Source: Haliotis rufescens
Lineage: Eukaryota
NCBI RefSeq assembly: GCF_023055435.1
Contig: NW_025964223.1
Location: 45,384,001-45,448,000 of the forward strand
Direction of reading: 5' to 3'
DNA length: 64,000 nt
Shown piece after piece: positions 53,530 to 64,000 of the stretch. The notes beneath the pieces are model-generated. The model did no database searches. It was not told where the DNA came from and saw only the letters and a program-made list of their open reading frames with translations. Position 1 is the stretch's first letter. Every line of letters begins with the position of its first letter. A program made the translations under genes and the position numbers.

Positions 53530-56500
53530 ATGGAATGGGCACTGGTCTTTTTCACTTTGAGTCTGACAGTAGGCGGTGTATACACTGACACTACTGTCAC
53601 CATCCACCCTCAGTGGCTGGCACAGGGAGGAAGCGCTCACTATGACAGTAATAGATGGAACAAACACAATGGTCTGGATCGAACATCCCTCATTCCCAAC
53701 TGTCGGAGCATTGGGACTGATAGTGGGCGCTGGAGTAACAGAGATTATAACGGTCGTCTCTTCCAAGACGTGAGATCAACTAATGAATATTACTAACCAT
53801 AACTTGCAAATGTAAGCTGTCAGTAGCATTGTTCAAAGAAACATCTGACATTATCAAATTGAAAAGCCAATGATGGGATAATGTAATGGTATAAATCATT
53901 TAATACAACCATTCACGAATTTGCTGTTTGCATTAAACTCAGATTCATCAATATTATTCAACAAATTCATTTAAGTCTTAGAATGTTTCAATATCAGTAT
54001 TTCAGGCAGGTGTTACTATATCTGTCTAGTGAACTGACAAGAATGCTGCAGTGCACGTAACAGGTCACATATTGCCCAACAGGTTACAACAGAAATGAAA
54101 ACAAATATTTTTAATGAGAATATTTTGGATTTTGAACTGGTCGTAATTAATTTCAAAACTATAAGGTTTATTTTTTACCAATGACAATGACAACGACTAT
54201 ATCACTTCTTGAGAGCAGATATGGCTGAAATATTGCCAATGTGACGTCAATTAATAACTCACTCACTCACTCTTGAGAGCAAATGTCCATGCAAAAACGC
54301 ATTGACGAATGTTATCTTATCTAATAGGTATTTTAATTGTAGTGGCCAGAGGACCCAAGCCGTAGTGGCTACCCTGACCCAAACTATCTGAAGAACGTCA
54401 CCAAACAGCAGGAACTGTTCTCTGCGTACATTGAGAATATCAACAGTGGTTATGAGAACGACATGATCATGATGGCTGGAGGTAAGAATGGTCGATATGA
54501 TGGCACTGTAGCCATTCCAGAACTCACTCACATGAGAGGATAAGGCCAAAACAAACCAAAACTATTTTTTAAATCACGTCCGTGTTATTCTGTTACCTCT
54601 GGGGCAATGCTGGTTACCATCTTTTGGCCCACATCATGTTTGCCCATTGATGCCAATCCGTGCGACATGAGCCAATATCAGATCATCGTCACTTGCCGAG
54701 CAGAAGCCCAGTAGTGAACTTCTATTCTCAAAGGCTGCCCACATTTAGAAATTGATTATCAACACTATGCCAGTCTCAATTAATGAGGCTTTGCTGTAGT
54801 CCTATGTGGGCCCACTTGTTTTGAGCACTATATAAGACGGGGGCTAGGTGGGCCCACATATTTAAAAATGGTTATCAGCACTAAACCTACCTAAGAAGAT
54901 CTAATGACATATGACACTCAACTTATGACAACTATCTACTTTCCGAAATGTGGGCACACAAATAAAATAAAGTGGGCCCACATTTTGGGAAAACTAGGTG
55001 AGTTATTAATTTAATTATCATGAACCGTTTTTAATTTTCTGCAAGTTACGGATGGAAAGATAAATATATAATGTATTCAAACATTTAATTAAGAATACGG
55101 TTTACCTTTGGGATTAGATTGCCAATTAATAGCTGGACCAACGTCAACGTACAGCGTGACTGACGCCATTTCTCGCAAATACGAAAACAATGGGGATAGC
55201 TCCCGATTGAAATTAGAGTGACCTCCCTTTCCCAATATGAACCATTGATAATGCTCCAATAATATAACGGGTTAAAACTGGTCTTCAGCAAGCCACCACA
55301 ATATGATTGGATGGTCGGGCTCGCTGATTTACTTGATGCATGTCATCGTATTGCAAATGCATACTTTTTAGATCGATGCTCATGATATCAATCATTGCAT
55401 TGTCTGGGGCGTGAAACAATATGCAAATCAATAAACACAGATTTGTAATTCAATACTAATTACCAAGTTATTTATGTAAGGATATTGTGAACAGGTCAGA
55501 CTAACACAAGCAATTTATTAAACTCTTCTATTGGCCTGACTTGCATGGAACACATATGTGACACTCAAATGATATGACGCTTTTACTGTACTTCCCGATA
55601 AACTACAATTGTGTTTAATTCTTTTCTACATCATTCATTCTTCATTACATCATAAATGCCTTGATGTTTAAAGTTTAATTCTCAGATGTTTTTGGGGCGG
55701 TCGGGTAGCCTAGTGGTTAAAGCGTTCGCTCGTCACGCCGAAGACCCGGGTTCGATTCCCGACATGGGTACAATGTGTGAAGCCCATTTCTGGTGTCCCC
55801 CGCCGTGATATATCTGAAATATTGCTAAAAGCGGCGTAAAACCATATTCACTCACTCACTCACTCAGATGTTTTCAAACTGTTTCACTTCTACTCATTTT
55901 TTACCAACAAAGTCATTAGTATCAATATTCACTCTTATGTTGTTGACAGGTCTTTATTACCCGAGTTGGATAGACACGTCTGAACACGATGGTCATTTCC
56001 CAAACAATGTCGATGCTGCTGCAGAGTTCATGATGTTGATGGTGCAAGGAGTGTATGACTACACCAAGGGACAGATGATGCCACCCTACTTTGAGCCCAT
56101 AAACGAACCGGATGGTAAATGGCGTATACTGAATTTCACGACTATCAACATCTTTCACAAATTAGTTGCAGAGAAACTCCATGCCAGATTTAACATCAAA
56201 GTTGCTGGTCCTACACTGACCGAAGAAACTGGACATTCAGATATAAACGACTTTTTGTATTGGCACAAAGTGGCAAATTTCATGGACGTCACTTTAGGCT
56301 ATATTGACGTATTTTCTTTTCATGCGTACAACACACTGGTTCTTTCGGGCAAATCTCACAATTTTACTGGAATAAATGAAGCACGTCTGGTAGCATTTGT
56401 CGACCTGGTTGAAAACTATGCTTCTCAGAAGACCGGAAAGATTATCCCCCTTGTTATCAGTGAATATGGTCGCGGTGCTGTCAAAGGATTTAACAAATAT

Positions 56501-57439
56501 GCCCCATCACCGATAGTAGACTTTTCAACAATATACCAAGCCAATGCACACAGATTTACCCAACTAGGTCTCAGGGAATACATTGACAGAGCAGTGGTGT
56601 TTCTTTTAGCAAATGAAGAATGGCCAGGACGTCATAGTCTCAATTATTCACTTTTCACTCTTCAAGGAAACGCCACACGTATTGTCGACGTCTACGAGTT
56701 TTGGTACAAATTCATGTCAGGCTTCTCCTTCATGAGAACTACCAGCCAATATGATGGAGCAGAACGAACGGTGTCGCCGTTGGCAATGTCCAGTCCATTG
56801 ATGAACGAAACGGTCATTCTCTTGCATAGCTATTCTCAGAAGTCACAGGCGGTCAAGCTAGTTTTTCAAGAGGACTGGATCACACCAACCACTGGAGAAG
56901 CTACTTGTATCACACTCAAGGACGACTGGTGTCCAGTCATCACCTTCAATAAACCCATCGACATCCAGAAATCTGAAGGAGTGGTTGAACTTCCTCCTGA
57001 AGCAACATGTCACTTTAGCTTCAAGATCCCTTCCAACAAACTGCCTTCAGTCACTCTCAACGAAACCACATTCTACGGCGCTGATATGCTGATACCAATC
57101 AAGGGCAACGTCACTTTGACAACAATAAATCTACCAAGTAGCCAATTTCACAGTGCAAGACTGAGAGTATCAACCAGTTGGCCGATAAATGAAACAAACA
57201 GTGTATCATATCTTACCTATAACCTCCACCCCCTTGACTCTTTCTTGAAACTGTTTGATTCCGACAAGTTTGTCAGCACCACCTATTGGGAGGTTTGGGA
57301 GTTTGAAGTCCCCACATCCATGTTTGTCACTGGGGCTAACCAGGTACAGGTCCACTTCTCTAACAACATGACAGCGGGATACGTTTCTTCAATTGCTCTT
57401 GTCGCAGCCAAGCTTGTTCCATCTGATATGAAGTCATGA
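53530..57439 (+). CDS. Secreted GH86-like beta-porphyranase/beta-agarase, copy A3, 622 aa; exons 53530-53769, 54343-54481, 55950-57439
   Basis: Signal peptide MEWALVFFTLSLTVGGVYT. Same exon sizes and phases (240+139+1490). NEP and SEYG intact. ATTAAA at 57472. Confidence 0.88.
55693..55862 (+). mobile_element. Full-length tRNA-derived SINE family 1 in intron 2 of A3, with a 12-bp TSD
   Basis: A box tagcctagtgg, B box ggttcgattcc, (cact)n tail. ctcagatgtttt at 55681 and 55863. Confidence 0.92.
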
Positions 57440-58696
57440 TTATGAAAAAAGTTCTGACACAAATGTATATCATTAAACAATTTCCATCTATTTGCCTCAT
57501 GTTATTGCGAATGTATGTCCAGGTCATTAGACCAAATCAATTTTAACAGCAGCGATTGTTGTCCTGAGTTTGAATGTTATGGTAACCAGCATGTCGTTGG
57601 AAAGGGTTACAAGGGGCCGTTTGAGCGCGCGCACGCGCACTCAACACAATATTCTGCATGGTGAGGTGAGGTAAAATGATGTTTAACATCGCGTTTAAGA
57701 TTATGCAACTGAATTAGTGAGGTGCATGCAAGTGCGTGTGATTGTGTGCGTGCATGCGTGCGTGCATGTACCAGTCAGGACTTAGGCCGGTTTTATAATG
57801 CTAGCTTACTGAGATACCACCCGCAGTTTTAGAAGGACCCCCACCTCTGACACATTATACACCTCGGACTCCAGGCCGACCACTCCTGTGTTTTATTCTC
57901 TCAATGCCGAGCGCTGCGCAGGGGAACGACACATACGATACTGTTTTGTATGAAGCTGTCTGCGGATCGAACCACCTATTTTTCGCTCTCCGGACTTTGT
58001 AATGTGATATCTGCCCAATTTAGTTAATTATTAGAAATGTTAGATGCAGCAAGCATGTGATATGCGGAATAACATATAATACGTTATTTGGGCATATTTA
58101 GATCTTTCAGACAGGTAAGACCTTTGACTTTCACGTACATTGTACCACAATCTTTTTCTCACCTGTCTCAAAGTCAGATAACTTTATGGAGCTGACAGTT
58201 TGTATGCTAAGGTGTCTGATGATAAGCGCTCACAAAATTCCGATCCAAGTATAAGCATTTGTGACAGTCAGTTGGACATTTTTGCATGTACCTTTAAGAA
58301 ATATGATATGCAGTAACTGTATGGTATGCGAAATAACATATATTTTGGCATATATTGGTGTTTGATCAAGGTACGATCTTTAATCTTAACGTAACCCTGC
58401 TGCAACATGTTCCTCTTCTGTGAAACTATGAAGGTCTATGAAGCTGTAACTGTTCCTGGATGATCCCAGCTATATTGTTTCCACAAAGTGATCACAGAAG
58501 TTCGATCCAATAATATATTTGGACACCATGGTGGCCACACACTAAAGATTTCACTCAGCCATTTCCACTTGTATGCAACCTTTAAATTTCACGTAGTCCC
58601 GCATTTTCTACTGTTCCTGAATCTTCGAGAGCTGGAATTTTGCATGAAAGATCCCTGCTATAGTCTCTCACAAATGCTCTAAACAAATTCAATCCA

Positions 58697-59002
58697 AGGA
58701 AGAGAATTTATGGATGTCAACTTCTTTATTATGAAGAAACACATAACCATTAACGCCAATTACTGTAAAGTGATATCTTCTATTGTCTCTTGCTAATCAC
58801 CCATCAGCGGCAATTATCAGTTGTCTCCCCTTGTTACTTTCAACCTTTTGGTATCTTATTACTTTTGTTGTCCTTGCATGTATGCTCCCTGCCTCGTAGC
58901 ATTCATTCACCTGATAAAGGAATAAGCATAAACTCCGAAACGTTGTTTCATAATAATAAAGAAGTTGACATCCATCACTTCTAAATGCCTTTCAAAGACT
59001 TC
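58697..59002 (+). mobile_element. Penelope-like element 3' remnant with an inverted terminal segment and a degenerate hammerhead-like motif
   Basis: 23-bp inverted repeat at 58710-58732 / 58953-58975. cacctgataaagga...tccgaaacgttg at 58908-58945. 10-bp direct repeat attcaatcca at 58687 and 59003. Confidence 0.65.
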
Positions 59003-59844
59003 ATTCAATCCATTTTGTTACAAGGGCACTGCATCAGCCATATTAATGAACCTATAAATGACCATTACTAAGTATATCTTAAACCGCATCGCGAATTAGC
59101 CATATGTAATCGAATTATCTGCATACAGTGGGAAACAATAGCAAAAAGGAGGTTTTGCATATGGGTGTCATGGAAACACAACTTGACTTCAAAGATAAAT
59201 GTTTTTGCAACACAAGGAAAGGGTGTTGGCTGAATACTCAACAGCATGTCAGCAGGTTAACCTTGTGATAAAGGAGAAATAGCAAAACAAGGTCAGGCAG
59301 GCCCGATCTGTCCACGGACGGCGAGCCCTAGTTCTTGGCCCATTTGACAAGTGTGTCAGCTGCCTGACTCACTGATATAGAAGATTTAACGTGCGCTTTC
59401 CGACTGTAGCGTATTTCGCACACGTCAGCTGCCCCTTGGTCAAGGCCTTTATACGCACTCCTTCAGCCGTCGGGACAAGAGCAAGGGATCTCCCCTGATA
59501 CTGCTTGAGAAATGAAGATGACATTTGTCATGCACGTTCCTTGTAATAAAGACATCTTATATTTCAAATCACAACAACAAAAATATTAAAAACAAAAGGC
59601 TCAAAATGCTGAACAATTGCATGAATAACTTGATTTTTCACTCTGCAACGATGCCATTAAAAATTTTGCAAAAAAAATTGTTTTCCTTTTCTTTGAACCT
59701 ATTGCACAAATTGATATTTTTCACGCTATAAACACCAAAATAAGGTTGAAACTTCATAAAACTATTGCTTCATACTTCAGCTTTGTGACATATATTCCTT
59801 TAGCAAGGAATACAACGCGTCAGCATAGGTACTTTGAAATATTA

Positions 59845-60950
59845 GTTTAGACTTGCCCGAAAAAATAGAAACTATTCTCTGAGGCATGTGCGTAACAAAT
59901 TGTGAACATATGTACAACTGGTTGATCTACAGTGACTTGCACTTCTTGGCTACCGTGAGACCGCACCACATGTAACATGTAACATGTACATAACATGCCT
60001 TTATCATTTACAGACATTTTTAGAACAGTAGTGTCAAGGACACAGATAAGTACCAAGAACTGTAACTATAAAGATCACTTTCCAGCGACAATGAAATGGA
60101 CATCGATAATAAATGTAGGCCATCCTATGCTGATTGTAGGATGCAACTTGATGGATCGGGTGGTCAACCTCGTGGACTTGACAGCCGCTTCGCGTGGTCT
60201 TGTGGACATCTTATATTTCAAATCATTGCAGCTTTATAACCAAAAGGTTGTTCATAATACTTGAATAGATCCAGGTTTTCTTTCTAAAGAACCACAAGGC
60301 TCAGAATGCTGAACATGTGTATGACAGATAATGACTATACGTTTATTAAACCTTCTTCAAGGCAGATTTGCACTCAGCATCGATGTCATAAAAAATGTTG
60401 CCAATATCTTTCCCTGGAACCAACTGTCTAACGTTACTTTTACGCACTACAGATCTGTGTCACAAAAAAAAGGTGGAAACAAAATCAAATTATTGTTTCA
60501 TAATTCGGGTGAGGTACAGAGCTTTGTGGCTCTATTTGTTCCTTAAGCAAGCGTTTGGAGCATCAGGAACACAATGGATCTCAGAATAACACTAAGGGCT
60601 GTTTGAACAAGACAAATATCGTCAGTAATGGTATTTTTAAATGTTAGTTTAGACTTGCCCGAAAAAGTAGTAAATATTCTCTAAGGATGAAAAATGTTAA
60701 AGAATGAACAACTAGTTGGTCTACAGAGACTTGCACTTCTTGGCTACCGTGACATAACTTGTACATAAAATGCCCCTATCATTTACAGACATTTTTAGAA
60801 CGGTAGTGTCAAGGCCACAGATAAATTCCATGAATTCTAACTATATTGACTGTCGCTCCCTTGAACATCACATCAACTTTATGAAGGTACATTACATTCC
60901 AGCGACAATAAAAAGGACACTGGTCTATTTCACACTGAGTCTGGTAATAG
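59845..60950 (+). pseudogene. Two tandem decayed GH86-like 5' modules (upstream region plus start of exon 1)
   Basis: A ~250-300 bp unit is duplicated at ~59845 and ~60645. The copies end in ttccagcgacaatgaaatggaca (60080) and ttccagcgacaataaaaaggacactggtctatttcacactgagtctg (60897). Confidence 0.65.
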
Positions 60951-61272
60951 GTCCAAAGCAAACTATGATGAGGATCGTAAGAAGCAACCTGGTGACTCGG
61001 AGACTTGGCGGATGGTGTTTAAAAGTATCCTTGCGGCGTCGATTGTTGCTCATAACATCAATGACTGGATTGTTCATTATTTACAGGTCGCCGTCATACA
61101 GCTAAGATATTGCACAACCCTAAATGCTGACAGTAACTGCACGCAGTGTACATTTTCTTTAACTATTTGTTATTAAAAGTTAAACGACTATTTGATGTTG
61201 ATAGTGTTAAAAAATACTTCGCATATGTACGAAGTCAGATAACCGGCTCGGGATTTATCAAGGATATTTAAA

Positions 61273-61450
61273 NNNNNNNNNNNNNNNNNNNNNNNNNNNN
61301 NNNNNNNNNNNNNNNNNNNNNNNNNNNNNNNNNNNNNNNNNNNNNNNNNNNNNNNNNNNNNNNNNNNNNNNNNNNNNNNNNNNNNNNNNNNNNNNNNNNN
61401 NNNNNNNNNNNNNNNNNNNNNNNNNNNNNNNNNNNNNNNNNNNNNNNNNN
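61273..61450. other. Assembly gap (N run)
   Basis: 178 N. Confidence 1.
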
Positions 61451-61489
61451 ACGCACACTCATACGCTCAGATACAATCATAGACAAACA

Positions 61490-62345
61490 AACACAAAAAT
61501 GAAGGTGTAACTTCTGTCAAAAGATTCACTTTGAAAGATGAGGATGCTATTTATTTTTTTAAACCACCTACCTATTTACGTTTGTATTGTCTTCTTGTAT
61601 TGTCTTCTTCGGTCAAAGCCGGATAATTCAACATCGTAGTGGATGTATACATCCCACTCCGCTGTTTTAAATGTCAACAGTTCGGATATAGAGCAAAATC
61701 CTGTCGCATCTCACAAGTTTGCTCCCGCTGCGGTAAAAACCATGATTGCACTGATTGCACAGATAGCATCAAATGCACAAACTGCAACGGTGAACACATG
61801 TCCTTTTCCAAACTATGCCCCACTTTTGTCAGACAAACTAAACTTCTTAAAACTATGTTGACTAATGACATCTCTTTCACAGATGCAAAGAAATTTGTTG
61901 AAAAGGAGTCATCCTCTTCCACTTCGACTCTGTCTCTTTTGCAGTTTCCTCTTCACCTCTCAAAGTAGATCTAGAATGCCAAACAGCAATTAACTGGGTT
62001 TCAGATGTCCAGACCATTTCATACCAAATTGATGCTGAAGTCACCAGTACTTCATTTACATCAGGTTCCCAAACGTCTGCCTGACAATGAAACTGTGCCT
62101 GAGCCTGAAACTCTACCCGAACCCGTCTTTGTTATGAAATGAAATGTAACCCTCACTAAAGAAGAAAGGAAACAACAAAAGAAAAAAGAAACCAAGGCTC
62201 TAAAACATGTCGAGGTGCCTTCACCATTGACAGTCTCTCTGGAGATTCATAGCTTTTTTTAACCTCTAGATATGGAGGTCACTCCTTCGCTACCATTACC
62301 CTAGAGGACCTTCCCCCTCCTCATGATCTCCAATTGAACCTCCAT
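61490..62345 (+). mobile_element. Decayed LINE ORF1 (gag-like, three zinc knuckles)
   Basis: YIPLRCFKCQQFGYRAKSC...CSRCGKNHDCTDC...KCTNCNGEHMSFSKLCP is the triple CCHC array typical of I/Jockey-group ORF1. Frameshifted on both sides. Confidence 0.85.
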
Positions 62346-62533
62346 GAGTTGCTCTTCCAGTTTAAACTCTTGGGAGTAACGACGTGGTTTCGGACAATTG
62401 TAAACACGTTTGGCACGTCTCACATGACTAATGATGAACACATAATGCATTTGTAATATATACGACTAAAGTGTGTTTGTTCTAAAGTAGGACATGGGAA
62501 GATAACTTTGTACCCATTCTCCCTCAGCACATT

Positions 62534-62536
<3 letters not shown>

Positions 62537-62564
<28 letters not shown>

Positions 62565-62890
62565 TTAATAATAATAATAATAATAATATTAATAATAATT
62601 GAATTGTAAAGCGCCTAATATCCAACGACAGTTGCTCACTGGCGCTGTGACAAAGTTAAAAAGTAATGTCTATGTACATATGCCAACAATCAGGAGATCT
62701 ATTGAAAAGCTGAAGTGAAGAAGTGGGTTTTGAGGAGAGACTTAAACGTTTCCTTAGAAGCAGAGTTTCTCAGATTCAAAGGCAAAGGGTTCCATAACTG
62801 TGGACTTCAAAAGGAGAAGGCACTTCATGGTTCTCAACATAAGATGTCTTACGTTACACCATTAAGTGATGGGGATGTATCATCTAGAGA
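62537..62890 (-). mobile_element. 3' end of an L2/CR1-group LINE with an (ATT)n tail
   Basis: The minus strand encodes SPQLWNPLPLNLRNSASKETFKSLLKTHFF (typical L2/CR1 ORF2 C-terminus). It is followed by an agcgcc...ggcgcttt stem-loop and the (aat)n run at 62537-62598. Confidence 0.8.
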
Positions 62891-64000
62891 ACTGTAATTA
62901 AATTATTGCTATTTATTAAACATATGTCGGATAAATCGTACTATACAAACTACTACATAATGTTGATTCCCCAGTGATGGAAATAGTGGACCCCCATTTA
63001 CCTCATCACATCCTCAGTGCTGGGTTTGTAACAATCGTAGCATTCCATAGCACTAGAAAATATATATTTATATACCTTATCAACATTTATATTACACATG
63101 AAGAAATCCACAATATGAATGACAAAGTCGTTCTTTCCTGTTTAGTCTACAATAATAAGAGGATTGTGGTTTCTGGTTATACACTGAAATACCAGGAGAG
63201 AAACGTGGTTTTGAGAAATCGTAAGATTTGAAGATAGTAAGATGCACCGCTTAGGTGAATCGGACGAACACAGGTATGGTTCTGAAAAGCTCTGAAACAC
63301 AATCAGGGCGGACAATCATAGGTGTCTGACACACCATGTGGATAGCGAATTGCTACGCTTTAGGCGACTGTGATACCTGTTTCCCCATTACATTTTGAAA
63401 ATGGCGCTATGGGCGAATGTCTCAAGAATGTCGAAGATCTAAAAGGATTATGATTCTTGTGTTCCAAGTGTACTAATACAAATGGTGTGTTTGTGGGCTT
63501 CGGAACAAGGGATGAGGCTTGACATATTGCAGTCCGTTTTCATTCGATCTGAATATATTTCTTCAGGAATCATCGTGTTCCTCACATTTAAATGGTTGGA
63601 GAAAACTCTCAGCATTAAATAGTATTCTCACTCACCCCAACACACCCATCCCCCCACGCACAATCGCGCGCATACACCCCCGCCCAAACCACCCCTAGAA
63701 ACACGTACACGCACACGCATAGACTCAAATACGTGTAAATGTTATAAGTATTCATTCATAAGTAATGACTTGATCGTTGTCTTCAGCAATGCAAATGATA
63801 AAAGGTTATTTGGAACTTCTTTTCGTTCTGTTCTCCGTTCGATGTGCAACATATTTCTTGAGGAAACATCATGATCCTCACAGTTCGATGGTTAGAGAAA
63901 ACTCTCAGCAACAAATACCAACCAATACCATTCCCCTTCAACCCCCTCCTAAGCATCATGCAATTAGTTTTATTAATATACTTAATGTCAGTACCATTAC

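Noticed and set aside
55693-55760. tRNA genes
   Set aside because: The A and B boxes belong to SINE heads that continue into a SINE body, an (actc)n tail and TSDs.
17991-57439. Bacterial contamination as the source of the GH86-like genes
   Set aside because: The genes have spliceosomal introns, polyA signals and host SINE/Tc1 insertions within their introns.

Overview
Eukaryotic genomic DNA: spliceosomal introns, tRNA-derived SINEs, decayed LINE, MULE, Tc1-like and Penelope-like elements, and two N gaps. It is most likely from a marine mollusc; the SINE families resemble those I recall from abalone (Haliotis), which is an inference. Bases 1-7.4 kb are a complex 84/87-bp satellite, and 9.7-12.8 kb hold decayed LINE (RT-RNaseH) and MULE remnants. 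The main feature is a tandem array at ~14.3-61 kb of three-exon genes encoding ~622-623 aa secreted clan GH-A glycoside hydrolases. Their architecture matches bacterial GH86 beta-porphyranase/beta-agarase: an NEP acid/base motif, an ISEYG nucleophile motif and a porphyranase-A-type C-terminal beta-sandwich. Four copies look intact (A1 17991-22011, B1 25262-29039, A2 33118-40045, A3 53530-57439). One is a recent pseudogene (B2 44839-48193), and older decayed fragments lie between the copies. The array arose by ~16-19 kb segmental tandem duplications and carries copy-specific TE insertions. Leading hypothesis: a horizontally acquired, intron-bearing, glycosylated and expanded red-seaweed galactan (agar/porphyran) digestion locus in an animal. 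All family assignments come from motif recognition, not database searches.
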